A stretch of DNA of 64,000 nt, from NCBI GenBank assembly GCA_947504725.1, contig CANNHN010000004.1, positions 135,203 through 199,202 of the forward strand, read 5' to 3'. This document shows, one piece after another, positions 9,319 to 18,969 of the stretch (its first letter is position 1; the number at the start of each line of letters is the position of its first letter). This stretch comes from Bacteroidota bacterium (GTDB lineage Bacteria; Bacteroidota; Bacteroidia; 2-12-FULL-35-15). The position numbers were made by a program, and so were the translations under genes. The notes beneath the pieces were generated by a model. That model was not told the DNA's origin. It saw nothing but the letters and a program-made list of their open reading frames with translations, and made no database searches.

Positions 9319-10275
9319 TTAGAATGAAGGACAGCTTACTGTTCTGAATTTTTTCTTCTTTGGCTTACATTCGAATTGCAATGAAAAAGAAATTTCATGA
9401 GAACCAGCTGTCGCGTTTGTTAACTTAGACACGGTTACGTCATAGCTGTATCCAACTTTAAAGAAATGTTGTTGGAAACCAATAAGAGCAATAAATGAAT
9501 CTTGGTTACGATACCAAAGTCCACCTACAATTGAACCTCTAACAACATAAACACCTAAGTTTAACTGTTGGAAATCTTGTTGTTTTTGATAGATCACGTT
9601 TGGAGAAATGTATGTTTCGTTTCCTTTGTCACCAACTGGCAATACTGCACCAGCATGTCCTGTGATTTTTAAAGGTAATTTGCTTGGTCCAATTAAGCCT
9701 TCATCAGGTTGCGTTAAATGGTGAGCTGCAAATCCGAAGAAATAACGTTTGCTAAAGCCTAGCATTCCTACTGATAAATCTACGTTTGATTTTTTTGATA
9801 CGCCCGGAACTTCATTCGTATTGTAAACAAAACCTCTGCGTTCGTCAATCATATCACCAAAAGTTAATTTGCTCCAGTCAATACTTTTTTGGAAGTATGT
9901 TCCCTGGAAACCAAATTTCATTGAAAATTCACGATTGATATTTAATTGGTAAGAATACATTGCAGAAACGTTGGTAGTCGTTAATGTTCCTTGTCCTGCT
10001 TTATCATTTGTAACTAAAAGTCCTAATCCACCAGCAATTTTATCGATATGTTGATCGTATGAAGCTGAATAAGTTATATAAGTACCAGAAATATTTGGCC
10101 ACTGATTACGATAATTTAAGTTAATTCTAGGGCATCTTGCCGTTCCAGCAAATGCAGGATTTAAATAAAGTGGATTTGCGTAGAATTGAGTAAAATGAGG
10201 GTCTTGAGCGAATAATTTTTCGCTAGATCCGAAAGAAAACACTACTAATAAAATTAAAACGATACGTTTTAACAT
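9319..10275 (-). CDS. Type IX secretion system membrane protein, PorP/SprF family
   Basis: After the signal peptide comes DPHFTQFYANPLYLNPAFAG, the signature N-terminus of PorP/SprF. I chose the ATG at 10275 over the TTG at 10302. Confidence 0.7.
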   Translation of the reverse strand: MLKRIVLILLVVFSFGSSEKLFAQDPHFTQFYANPLYLNPAFAGTARCPRINLNYRNQWPNISGTYITYSASYDQHIDKIAGGLGLLVTNDKAGQGTLTTTNVSAMYSYQLNINREFSMKFGFQGTYFQKSIDWSKLTFGDMIDERRGFVYNTNEVPGVSKKSNVDLSVGMLGFSKRYFFGFAAHHLTQPDEGLIGPSKLPLKITGHAGAVLPVGDKGNETYISPNVIYQKQQDFQQLNLGVYVVRGSIVGGLWYRNQDSFIALIGFQQHFFKVGYSYDVTVSKLTNATAGSHEISFSLQFECKPKKKKFRTVSCPSF

Positions 10276-10469
10276 AACATCTCTGATTTTAATGGGACAC
10301 AATTATACACAAAATATTCTAAGAATGTTACATTTGGAGAGCATTATTTTGCAGAATTAAACAATAAACCACTAAAAAAAGCGTTAACCAGAAGAACTTT
10401 TTAGAACTTTGTTTGTACAAACTTATACAAAAAAATGGATACAACCAACAATAAATCCTCATTTTTAGC

Positions 10470-10477
10470 TAAATTTG
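10470..10477 (+). promoter_or_regulatory. Candidate Bacteroidota -7 promoter element (TAAATTTG, consensus TAnnTTTG) upstream of porU
   Basis: Motif match lying 21 bp upstream of the porU ATG. Confidence 0.3.
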
Positions 10478-10498
10478 AAATCTAATCAACCATATCGT

Positions 10499-13400
10499 AT
10501 GCGAATTATACTTGCCTTGTTGTTTATATTAGTTGTTGAAATTTCCGCATTTGGTCAAGCCAAATCTATTGGAAAACTAATTCCAACTAAGTATGCTATT
10601 TCTTGGCAACAGCCTGGTTCTGTTAGGCCATCAGAAAATGAGACCCAACGATTTTTGAGCTTTTCGGGTGCTCAATATCAATTTGAAGATGCTTTTTTGC
10701 CTCGTTATTTCGAAAAAATACCACTTACAAACAATGATTTAAGCTTCGAAACAACTATTATTAACCCTCTTTTTGAAGCTCTTTCTGATGTTGAAACTGC
10801 TATAATTAAAGATCCAGCACTTATTTCTACTGAAATAGTGGTAAAATCGGTTGTTTCCATTGCAAAAAAGCAAAAATATGGTACGGTTTCTTTTATTCCT
10901 ATTCGAAAAAATAGATCTACTGGGAAACTTGAAAAACTGGTTGCTTTTGATCTTTCTGTAGTTCCTAATTCATCAAGAGTGCCAGCTCGTGCTGTTCATA
11001 CTTACGCTGCTAATTCTGTTCTTCAAAATGGTGATTGGTATAAAATAGGGTTGGCTCAAGATGGTGTGTATAAATTATCATTTTCTTTTCTTCAAAGCTT
11101 AGGAATAGATGTATCTACGTTAAATCCTCAAAATATTCGTATTTATGGGAACGGAGGCGGCATGCTTCCTGAATTAAATTCAACTCCTAGAAAGGATGAT
11201 TTGGTTGAAAATGCCATTTTTGTGCAAGGTGAAGGGGATGGCATTTTTGATGCAACAGATTATGTTTTGTTTTATGGAAAAGGACCTCAGAATTGGAATT
11301 ACAATGCAAGTGCTTGTCCGAAATTTACTCATGAATTAAATCTTTATTCTGATTCTGCATATTATTTTATTAATGTTGATTTGGGTGCAGGTAAGCGAAT
11401 TTTAAATCAAGCTTCGTCCGTTTCTGCGGCAACGAATATCGTAAACACATTTGATGATTATAATTTTCATGAAACTAATAATGTGAATTTTATTAAGTCT
11501 GGTAGACAATGGTATGGTGAGTTTTTTGACAATATAGCAACATATAATTTTTCATTTAGTTTTCCAAACATAGACATGTCGGTACCAACAAGTGTTGCTG
11601 CTAGTATTGCTTCACGTTCTTTATCAACTGCCGCAAGTTATTCCATAACAAGTCAAACAGGAAGTACAAGTATTTCAATTGGAGCAACACCTGGCGATGC
11701 TTATAGTGATTATGCAATTATTGGAACAGGTTGTTTTTCCTTTAATCCGAATAACGCGAATGTTGGTGTTACAGTCACAAAATTAACTTCGAGTGCGCAA
11801 GCTTGGTTGGATTATATAACAGTGAATGTTAGACGACAGTTAACAATGTCGGGCGACCAAATGATTTTTAGAGATGTTCAATCTGTAGGCTTAGGAAATA
11901 TTGCTCAATACTCAGTTTCAAGTTTTTTGCCAATTCAAATATGGGATATTACAGAACCAACAAGTGTTTTTGCTCAATCAACTTCCCCAATTGGTTCAAC
12001 TTATCAGTTTACACTTCCGTCCGATACTTTAAAACAATTTATTGCTCATACTGGATTAAGTTATTTAACTGCAAAATTTTCCGAAAAAGTTTCGAATCAA
12101 AATTTGCATGCACTTTCTGATAAAGACTACATTATTATTTCTCATCCTGATTTTTATTCTGATGCTATTCAGTTAGCTACATTTCACGAAAACACTGATT
12201 CGCTTTCATCGATAGTTATAACTCCTCAGCAGATTTACAATGAATTTTCTTCTGGAGCTCAGGATATTAGTGCGCTAAGAGATTTTGTAAAGATGTTTTA
12301 CGATAAAGCTGCTATCGCGTCTGAATTGCCGCAATATTTATTGCTTTATGGCGATGGATCTTATGACAATAGAAGGAGATCAAGTAGCAATACGAATTTT
12401 ATTCCTACATACCAATCCTTTAATTCAACAGTTCTTACTCAGTCATATGTTTCAGATGATTTTTATGGGTTGTTAGATGATTCTGAAGGAACATGGGCTG
12501 GAAGTGCAGATGCTATTGATATTGGGATTGGTCGTTTGTCTGTAAAAAACACTGCTGAGTCAAATGCTGTTTTAAGTAAAATATTTAATTATACAAAAAC
12601 GGGTTTAGTGCCAAATACATCCAATAATGGTTGTTCAAATAATGTATCCAATACTCCGTTTGGCGATTGGAGAAATACTGTTTGTTTTATTGGTGATGAT
12701 GAAGATGGCGGCTTGCACCAATCTGATGCAAATAAATTAGCGACTATGGTAGACACTGCAGCAGACGATTACAATGTAGATAAAATTTATTTAGACGCCT
12801 ATCCACAAGAATCTACACCAGGAGGAAATCGTTATCCCACTGTAGCTGAAGCAATAAACAAAAGGATTGAGAAAGGTTGTTTGATTTTGAATTACACTGG
12901 GCACGGTGGAGAAGTTGGTTTGGCACACGAAAGAGTTATAGATGTTTCTCAAATTAATAATTGGAAAAACTTTAATAATCTACCCTTGCTTTTTACTGCT
13001 ACTTGTGAGTTTAGCAGATTTGATGATCCAGAAAGAACATCAGCTGGTGAGTATGCTCTTATAAATCCTGAAGGTGGAGCAATTGCTCTATTCACAACTG
13101 TTCGATTGGTATTTGCTTCAGGAAATTTTTATTTGAATCGTGATTTTTACGAACGAGCTTTTCTTCCAATTGCTGGTAAAATGCCACGGTTAGGTGATTT
13201 GTTTGCGTATATCAAAAACGAGCCCGGTGGGAATTCGGTAAACAGTAGAAATTTCACATTGCTTGGCGACCCAGCGTTGACATTGGCGTATCCAAAATTT
13301 GATGTCTCAACAGATACCGTAAATGCAATTCCAGTTTCTGTATCAAGTTCAGATACTTTGAAAGCGCTTTCATTGGTAACAATCAGTGGGTTTGTAAGAA

Positions 13401-14386
13401 ACACTAGTGGGTCGGTTATTAATACATACAACGGAGTTGTTTATCCGACAGTTTTTGATAAGTCTCAAAATATTACAACTCTTTCTAATGATGGAACTTT
13501 ATCAAGCCCTCCATTTACATTCGGAGTGCAAAAAAATATTTTATACAAAGGAAAAGCAAGTGTAACAAATGGAGCCTTCAAATTTTCTTTTGTTGTACCA
13601 AAAGATATTGCTTATGCCTTTGGAATAGGAAGAATAAGTTATTATGCAGAAAACGGAACAGAAGATGCAAATGGATATTATGAAAAAGTAATTATTGGTG
13701 GCTCAAATGATTCAGCTGCAATTGATAATGCAGGACCTAATGTTGATTTGTTTTTAAATGATGCAAAATTTGTTTATGGAGGATTAACGGATGAAACACC
13801 TGATTTGTTTGCAATTCTGAAGGATGATAATGGTGTAAATACTGTTGGAAATGGAATTGGACATGATATTACAGCAGTTCTTGATGGAAATACAGAAAGT
13901 TCGGTTGTATTAAACGATTATTATCAAGCCGATTTAAATAGTTATAAAAGCGGAACAATCCGTTACCCTTATTCTGAATTGAGTGAAGGGAAACATACTT
14001 TGAGTTTAAAAGTGTGGGATGTTTATAATAACTCGAGTCAATCGTATACTGAGTTTATTGTTGCCCGTTCTGCTGAATTAGCTTTGAGTCATGTATTGAA
14101 TTATCCAAATCCATTTACTACAAAAACTCAATTTTATTTTGAGCAAAATCAATGCTGTCAAGTATTGGATGTTTCTGTTCAGATCTTTACAGTTTCAGGT
14201 AAATTGGTAAAAAGTATTGACCAGTTTGTACAAACAGAAGGTTTTCGTTCAGACCCGATTGATTGGGATGGCCGAGATGATTTTGGAGATAGAATTGGAA
14301 AAGGTGTTTATATTTATAGAATAAAAGTGAAGACAAGTGAAGGGGCAGTAGCCGAAAAATTCGAAAAGCTTGTTATTTTAAATTAA
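10499..14386 (+). CDS. porU: T9SS C-terminal signal peptidase PorU (peptidase C25/gingipain-like)
   Basis: Approximately 1295 aa with a signal peptide. A gingipain-like His/Cys dyad is visible (NYTGHGGEVG ... LFTATCEFSRFDD). It has a Por-type C-terminal domain and is followed by porV. I chose the ATG at 10499 over the TTG at 10475. Confidence 0.75.
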   Translation: MRIILALLFILVVEISAFGQAKSIGKLIPTKYAISWQQPGSVRPSENETQRFLSFSGAQYQFEDAFLPRYFEKIPLTNNDLSFETTIINPLFEALSDVETAIIKDPALISTEIVVKSVVSIAKKQKYGTVSFIPIRKNRSTGKLEKLVAFDLSVVPNSSRVPARAVHTYAANSVLQNGDWYKIGLAQDGVYKLSFSFLQSLGIDVSTLNPQNIRIYGNGGGMLPELNSTPRKDDLVENAIFVQGEGDGIFDATDYVLFYGKGPQNWNYNASACPKFTHELNLYSDSAYYFINVDLGAGKRILNQASSVSAATNIVNTFDDYNFHETNNVNFIKSGRQWYGEFFDNIATYNFSFSFPNIDMSVPTSVAASIASRSLSTAASYSITSQTGSTSISIGATPGDAYSDYAIIGTGCFSFNPNNANVGVTVTKLTSSAQAWLDYITVNVRRQLTMSGDQMIFRDVQSVGLGNIAQYSVSSFLPIQIWDITEPTSVFAQSTSPIGSTYQFTLPSDTLKQFIAHTGLSYLTAKFSEKVSNQNLHALSDKDYIIISHPDFYSDAIQLATFHENTDSLSSIVITPQQIYNEFSSGAQDISALRDFVKMFYDKAAIASELPQYLLLYGDGSYDNRRRSSSNTNFIPTYQSFNSTVLTQSYVSDDFYGLLDDSEGTWAGSADAIDIGIGRLSVKNTAESNAVLSKIFNYTKTGLVPNTSNNGCSNNVSNTPFGDWRNTVCFIGDDEDGGLHQSDANKLATMVDTAADDYNVDKIYLDAYPQESTPGGNRYPTVAEAINKRIEKGCLILNYTGHGGEVGLAHERVIDVSQINNWKNFNNLPLLFTATCEFSRFDDPERTSAGEYALINPEGGAIALFTTVRLVFASGNFYLNRDFYERAFLPIAGKMPRLGDLFAYIKNEPGGNSVNSRNFTLLGDPALTLAYPKFDVSTDTVNAIPVSVSSSDTLKALSLVTISGFVRNTSGSVINTYNGVVYPTVFDKSQNITTLSNDGTLSSPPFTFGVQKNILYKGKASVTNGAFKFSFVVPKDIAYAFGIGRISYYAENGTEDANGYYEKVIIGGSNDSAAIDNAGPNVDLFLNDAKFVYGGLTDETPDLFAILKDDNGVNTVGNGIGHDITAVLDGNTESSVVLNDYYQADLNSYKSGTIRYPYSELSEGKHTLSLKVWDVYNNSSQSYTEFIVARSAELALSHVLNYPNPFTTKTQFYFEQNQCCQVLDVSVQIFTVSGKLVKSIDQFVQTEGFRSDPIDWDGRDDFGDRIGKGVYIYRIKVKTSEGAVAEKFEKLVILN

Positions 14387-14418
14387 TTTGTACATTAGCA
14401 ATCCTAAATAAAAATTGA

Positions 14419-15693
14419 ATGATAGATATTAGAGCATACAGCAAAAAAATATTTTTATTTGCTACCGCTATTATAGTTGTAGAGAGCGTTAAATCCCAAT
14501 CAAGTCAAAGTCAACGTGCTGAAGAACTTCAGTTAAATACGATAACTACAGCCGTTCCGTTTTTGCTTATTACACCCGACTCAAGAGCAGGTGGAATGGG
14601 AGATGCTGGCGTTGCGTCTTTAAACGATGTGAATGCTGTTCATTGGAATGCATCAAAATTAGGCTTTACAACAAAAAAAATGGGCTTTGGTGTTTCTTAT
14701 ACGCCATGGTTAAGAGCGTTGGTGCCAGATATTAATTTAGCATACATCACTGGTTTTTATAAGATGAAGAAGAAAGGAACTATTGCAGGTTCACTTCGTT
14801 ATTTTTCTTTAGGTGATATCACTTTCACAGATGCAAATGGGCAAACTACTGGACAATTTCGTCCAAATGAATTTGCACTTGATGTAGCTTATGGAACAAA
14901 GTTGGCAGATAATTTTGCAGTTGGTTTAGCGGTTCGATACATCAACTCAAATTTAACTGGAAATGCACTTGTTCAAAGTTCACAAACTCGTCCAGGTCGT
15001 GCAGTTGGCGTTGATCTTTCTGCATTATACAAAAAAGAGAAAGTGAAACTTGCAGATAAAAAAGCAATTGTTGCTTTTGGAATTAATATTTCAAATATTG
15101 GAAATAAAATGTCATACTCAGATAGAGGTGATAAAAATAGCGATGATTTTATTCCAATTAATTTGCGTTTAGGTGGATCGTTAAATGTGAATTTGGATGA
15201 TTATAATTCAATTTCAGTTTTAGCAGATATCAATAAATTATTAGTTCCAACTCCTCCCACTTATAAATTTAAAGTTGATGCAAATGGAGTAACTACAGGA
15301 GAAATAGACGTAGATGCGGATGGGAATCCAATAATTGAAAAAGGAAAAGATCCTAACCGCGGAGTAGCAGAAGGAATGTTTGGTTCGTTTACGGATGCTC
15401 CAGGTGGTGGAAAGGAAGAGTTAAGAGAACTTAACTATTCGCTTGGTTTGGAATATTGGTACAATCATTTGTTTGCTGTTCGTGCAGGATATTTTTATGA
15501 GCATCCAACAAAAGGGAATCGTCAATTTTTTACAATTGGTGCGGGAGTTAAGTACAATGTTTTTGGGTTAGATTTTGCATATTTGATTCCAACTCAACAA
15601 CGTAATCCTTTAGAAAACACATTGCGTTTTACTCTTACATTTGACTTTGATGCATTCAAAGATCAAAACAAAGAAGAAGCAAAAACAGAATAA
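14419..15693 (+). CDS. porV: T9SS outer-membrane shuttle protein PorV (LptO), FadL-like beta-barrel
   Basis: 424-aa signal-peptide OMP immediately downstream of porU, which is the conserved synteny. It shows the alternating beta-strand pattern of a barrel. Confidence 0.65.
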   Translation: MIDIRAYSKKIFLFATAIIVVESVKSQSSQSQRAEELQLNTITTAVPFLLITPDSRAGGMGDAGVASLNDVNAVHWNASKLGFTTKKMGFGVSYTPWLRALVPDINLAYITGFYKMKKKGTIAGSLRYFSLGDITFTDANGQTTGQFRPNEFALDVAYGTKLADNFAVGLAVRYINSNLTGNALVQSSQTRPGRAVGVDLSALYKKEKVKLADKKAIVAFGINISNIGNKMSYSDRGDKNSDDFIPINLRLGGSLNVNLDDYNSISVLADINKLLVPTPPTYKFKVDANGVTTGEIDVDADGNPIIEKGKDPNRGVAEGMFGSFTDAPGGGKEELRELNYSLGLEYWYNHLFAVRAGYFYEHPTKGNRQFFTIGAGVKYNVFGLDFAYLIPTQQRNPLENTLRFTLTFDFDAFKDQNKEEAKTE

Positions 15694-15736
15694 TCTCATT
15701 GCAAAAATTTCATCATTAATGATGTGAATATAAAGT

Positions 15737-15789
15737 CTTCGACTCCGCTCAGCCTGACAAACGAATTGTCACACTGAGCGGAGTCGAAG
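15737..15789. repeat. REP-like hairpin repeat, subfamily B (cttcgactccgctcagcctgaca / tgtcacactgagcggagtcgaag)
   Basis: Inverted repeat in the porV-ispF gap. Its arm is identical to sequence inside pdhC and is related to the copies at 36279, 59626, 38538, 32608 and 27051. Confidence 0.7.
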
Positions 15790-15836
15790 TTTTTACGGAG
15801 AGTCTATAATTGATTTCACAAAAGAGATAACAAATT

Positions 15837-16313
15837 ATGAAAATAAGAGTAGGATTTGGATTTGATGTTCATCAATTGAAAGAAGGAAATGATCTCTGGT
15901 TGGGCGGAATTAAATTGACTCATAGCAAAGGAGCTGTTGGTCATTCGGATGCGGATGTTTTGATTCACGCTATTTGTGATGCATTGTTAGGTGCGGCAGG
16001 TATGCGAGATATTGGATTTCATTTTCCTGATACGTCTTCGGAATTTAAAGGAATTGATAGTAAGATATTATTAGAAAGAGTGAATCAACTTTTGCAAAAG
16101 GAAGGGTATTCCATAAATAATATTGATTGTACATTGGTATTGGAGCTACCAAAGATAAATCCTCACATTGATGAAATGAAAAAAACGGTGGCATCAATTT
16201 TAAATGTAGAGGTGAATGATATTGGAATAAAAGCCACCACGAATGAGAAGCTTGGTTATGTTGGCAGAGAAGAAGGCGTTTGCGCTTATGCAGTAGCGCT
16301 TATTCAAAAATAA
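15837..16313 (+). CDS. ispF: 2-C-methyl-D-erythritol 2,4-cyclodiphosphate synthase
   Basis: MKIRVGFGFDVH...HSDADV, the IspF signature. 158 aa. Confidence 0.9.
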   Translation: MKIRVGFGFDVHQLKEGNDLWLGGIKLTHSKGAVGHSDADVLIHAICDALLGAAGMRDIGFHFPDTSSEFKGIDSKILLERVNQLLQKEGYSINNIDCTLVLELPKINPHIDEMKKTVASILNVEVNDIGIKATTNEKLGYVGREEGVCAYAVALIQK

Positions 16314-16324
16314 AAATTTTTCAA

Positions 16325-17011
16325 TTATAGTGAGATGGTATATTCTAATCCTAGGATATATAAATTTTGTGGAGCGGAAAGATTCCATTCTCTTTGTATT
16401 AAATAATAAACCCCAAAAGTGTTTCTTTCGCTTTTTTTGTAATCTAATCCGACAATGTATCTGCCTCGATGCCATAAGTTATTTACGTCAACTGAACGCG
16501 GATTGTTGATTTGGTATCGTAATTCGCAAGCAATATAGGGTTTTACAGGTTTGTCTAAATCGTATTTTATAGTTAACTTACTTCTGGTGTACCATTCAGG
16601 AATTGCTCCTAATTCACTTGAGTAAATATTTCTGTATTCTCCTTGAAGTCTTTGACGGAAGGCGAAGGAAAGTTGGCCAGCTTTTTTCTTTAAAAGAACA
16701 TCCAACATTACTCGGTGACGAAAACTAATAGCATCGTCCTCAATGAATTTTTCGATGCAACGATAAGACAATGAAATTTTCATGAAATCAGTAGGCTTAA
16801 ATGAAGCTCCTAAATCCGTATAAAATAAATTGCTTTGCGAATAATTTTCTCTCACACGATATTCTTCTGTAATAAACAAGCTGAATTTTTGATTTAATGC
16901 TTTCTCTACATTAAAAGTGCACCATAAACCAGCGTCATCATTGGCTTGTGCGAATGATTTGGACGTTAAGCCAATGGCGATTATAAAAAGCAGTGCAATT
17001 TTCTTTATCAT
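16325..17011 (-). CDS. DUF2490-like outer-membrane beta-barrel protein
   Basis: Signal peptide (..SFAQA) and a barrel-like alternating pattern, 228 aa. Last gene of the co-directional cluster. Confidence 0.45.
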   Translation of the reverse strand: MIKKIALLFIIAIGLTSKSFAQANDDAGLWCTFNVEKALNQKFSLFITEEYRVRENYSQSNLFYTDLGASFKPTDFMKISLSYRCIEKFIEDDAISFRHRVMLDVLLKKKAGQLSFAFRQRLQGEYRNIYSSELGAIPEWYTRSKLTIKYDLDKPVKPYIACELRYQINNPRSVDVNNLWHRGRYIVGLDYKKSERNTFGVYYLIQREWNLSAPQNLYILGLEYTISL

Positions 17012-17017
17012 AAAAAA

Positions 17018-17644
17018 TTATTTTGTTACGTTGTAATAAACACGAATTAATGCTGTGTCCTTCAGGAAATCAATTTTCCCAATGGAAATACGATTAATTT
17101 TGATACCCATTCTGTTTTCGAGATCGGCTAACAACTCTGCTCGTAGTTCGGGTTTAATCATCTCAATGTTTTCGTATTGAATGTTTTGAGAAATCTCCTT
17201 TTTCATAAAAACTGAAGTTTCCAAGGCAAAAGTGAAAATGATAATAATAAGGTTGATGAATGAAATCTCAATCCAGTTTCCTTTGCTTAGTGCTGTAATT
17301 AAGCCCATGGCAATTACTAAAAAGAGATAAGTCATGTCTTTTGTAGAGATGCCTTCCGTTCTATAGCGAAGCATAGAAAAAACAGCAAATAAACCAAATG
17401 CAGCCCCCATGCTCATGTCCGATTTGTTCAAAATGAACGTGATTAAAAATATAATAAGGTTGAAAATAAAGAGTGTGAAAAAATTTTCACGGTTTTTATA
17501 GACAGGGAAATAGATAAATCGAATTAGAATAAATACAGAAACTAGATTGATTGCTAATCGAATAAAAAACTTTTGACCCAGTTTTTCAAAAAGTGTAAAT
17601 CCTGTATTAACAGCTTCTTCAGTTAACTCTTGTAGTAGTACCAT
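17018..17644 (-). CDS. DUF4956-like polytopic inner-membrane protein
   Basis: 208 aa with about 4-6 TM helices. Its start overlaps the VTC gene stop by 26 bp. Confidence 0.45.
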   Translation of the reverse strand: MVLLQELTEEAVNTGFTLFEKLGQKFFIRLAINLVSVFILIRFIYFPVYKNRENFFTLFIFNLIIFLITFILNKSDMSMGAAFGLFAVFSMLRYRTEGISTKDMTYLFLVIAMGLITALSKGNWIEISFINLIIIIFTFALETSVFMKKEISQNIQYENIEMIKPELRAELLADLENRMGIKINRISIGKIDFLKDTALIRVYYNVTK

Positions 17645-18386
17645 ACAATGCTTTTTTTATTAAAATTAATTTAGGTTTAAAATTATTGTGCTTAATCTTT
17701 TCATATAAATTTATAATTCCGAAACAATATTTACTTATTGCACCTTGTCGGATATGATATTTTTTCATTAATTTCAAAAAAGGAGAAGGAACTGCTTTGT
17801 CTTGCTTTACTTCGGCAATTACAATTTTTTCAATCGTTTTATTTTGATCTTCGTTCTTAAAAGTTAAATTCAAATCGATCGTTACTCTTTCGGGTGAATG
17901 TTTGTTTACAAACGTAATTCTAGAATAATTCACCCAAATTTTAGCCTCTAAATTGTCTGATTTTAAGGGAGTTTTATGTGTTAAAAGTTCTTCCGCTTTT
18001 TCTTTTATTGAACCATCAATTTCTTTTTGCTTTACTCTGTCTTTTATTGTCCGTCCTTTGTTTGTTTTAAACTTTACTTCAAAAAAATTCAAATCAGATT
18101 CAACATATTTTCTGAATCGTACTTTAAATCTGCTTGGTTTTCCCCTGTGATGTGAATGATATAAATCAAACCCTTTTGTGTCAAAATATAACGACTCGTA
18201 TCTACTTATTTTGTTGCCATTTACATCTAGTATTTTGTAATCGTTTTTTATCTGATTTAATAATTCAGGTAAAAGCTCAAACTTAAAAACAAATTTAGTG
18301 TCAGTTCTATCCATCAACTTCACACTGTCCATTTCTTTTAAAGTAATGGGCTCAAATTCATTCAATATGCGATTTACTTCGTCCAC
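17619..18386 (-). CDS. VTC-domain protein (polyphosphate polymerase / CYTH-like triphosphate-tunnel domain)
   Basis: Soluble 255-aa protein, or 237 aa if the ATG at 18332 is used instead of the GTG at 18386. It has charged beta-strand motifs typical of the VTC/CYTH tunnel (..YFDT.....Y..H..G...R.K.R.R.Y..). The family assignment is from recollection. Confidence 0.55.
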   Translation of the reverse strand: MDEVNRILNEFEPITLKEMDSVKLMDRTDTKFVFKFELLPELLNQIKNDYKILDVNGNKISRYESLYFDTKGFDLYHSHHRGKPSRFKVRFRKYVESDLNFFEVKFKTNKGRTIKDRVKQKEIDGSIKEKAEELLTHKTPLKSDNLEAKIWVNYSRITFVNKHSPERVTIDLNLTFKNEDQNKTIEKIVIAEVKQDKAVPSPFLKLMKKYHIRQGAISKYCFGIINLYEKIKHNNFKPKLILIKKALYGTTTRVN

Positions 18387-18388
18387 GT

Positions 18389-18958
18389 TTAGTATTCGTA
18401 TGTATACTTCTTTATAGAAATGACCGTACCGTTTCCATCGGTTGTTTTCTTCTCAGTTTTTAAACCATTTTTATCATAAGCATAAATTGATTTTTTTATC
18501 ATTTTACCTTTTTCGTCCATCGTTATTTCGTAAGATCTATCACCTTTTGCATTGTATCCATGTTGCGTTTTTTCTAGAAGTTTCCCGTTCGCATCAGATG
18601 TAGTTTCAAATGTTTTGTCTTTGTTGGAATTGTACTCAGTCGTTATCTTTTTCTTCAAATTTCCTTTTTCATCAAAAATAAGTTCTTCTGTAATATCATT
18701 ATTTTTGTTGTAGGTCTGAGCTTCTTTTTTCTTGATAGAACCATCTTTGTTGTACTCAATTAGTTCTATAACATTCCCGTTTTTGTCAAATTTTTGAGAC
18801 ATGTCTGTCCGTGTTTTTTCTTTTCCTTCAATTGATTCTGTTACAACAGTAACACTTGATTTTATACCGAGTTTTTTTACTTCTTTTTTGCTTTGTGAAA
18901 ATGAAGTAAGTGTAAGTATAGAAAAGATGAATGAAAGGAATATTAACTGAGTTTTCAT
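18389..18958 (-). CDS. Secreted repeat protein (approximately 22-aa repeats Y.KNG....E...D.NG; MORN/YwqK-like?)
   Basis: Signal peptide followed by internally repetitive Lys/Asn-rich repeats. I chose the ATG at 18958 over the one at 18997 to avoid overlap. Confidence 0.45.
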   Translation of the reverse strand: MKTQLIFLSFIFSILTLTSFSQSKKEVKKLGIKSSVTVVTESIEGKEKTRTDMSQKFDKNGNVIELIEYNKDGSIKKKEAQTYNKNNDITEELIFDEKGNLKKKITTEYNSNKDKTFETTSDANGKLLEKTQHGYNAKGDRSYEITMDEKGKMIKKSIYAYDKNGLKTEKKTTDGNGTVISIKKYTYEY

Positions 18959-18969
18959 TTTATATTTAT

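Noticed and set aside
13147-13431. 94-aa antisense ORF inside porU, and similar small ORFs inside gldJ (8036-8278), the CotH gene (20159-22007), tex (40489-42147), the 619-aa gene (33470-34348) and the ubiD-family gene (59797-60872)
   Set aside because: These are internal antisense ORFs in long, confidently called genes, with no start context or conservation cue.
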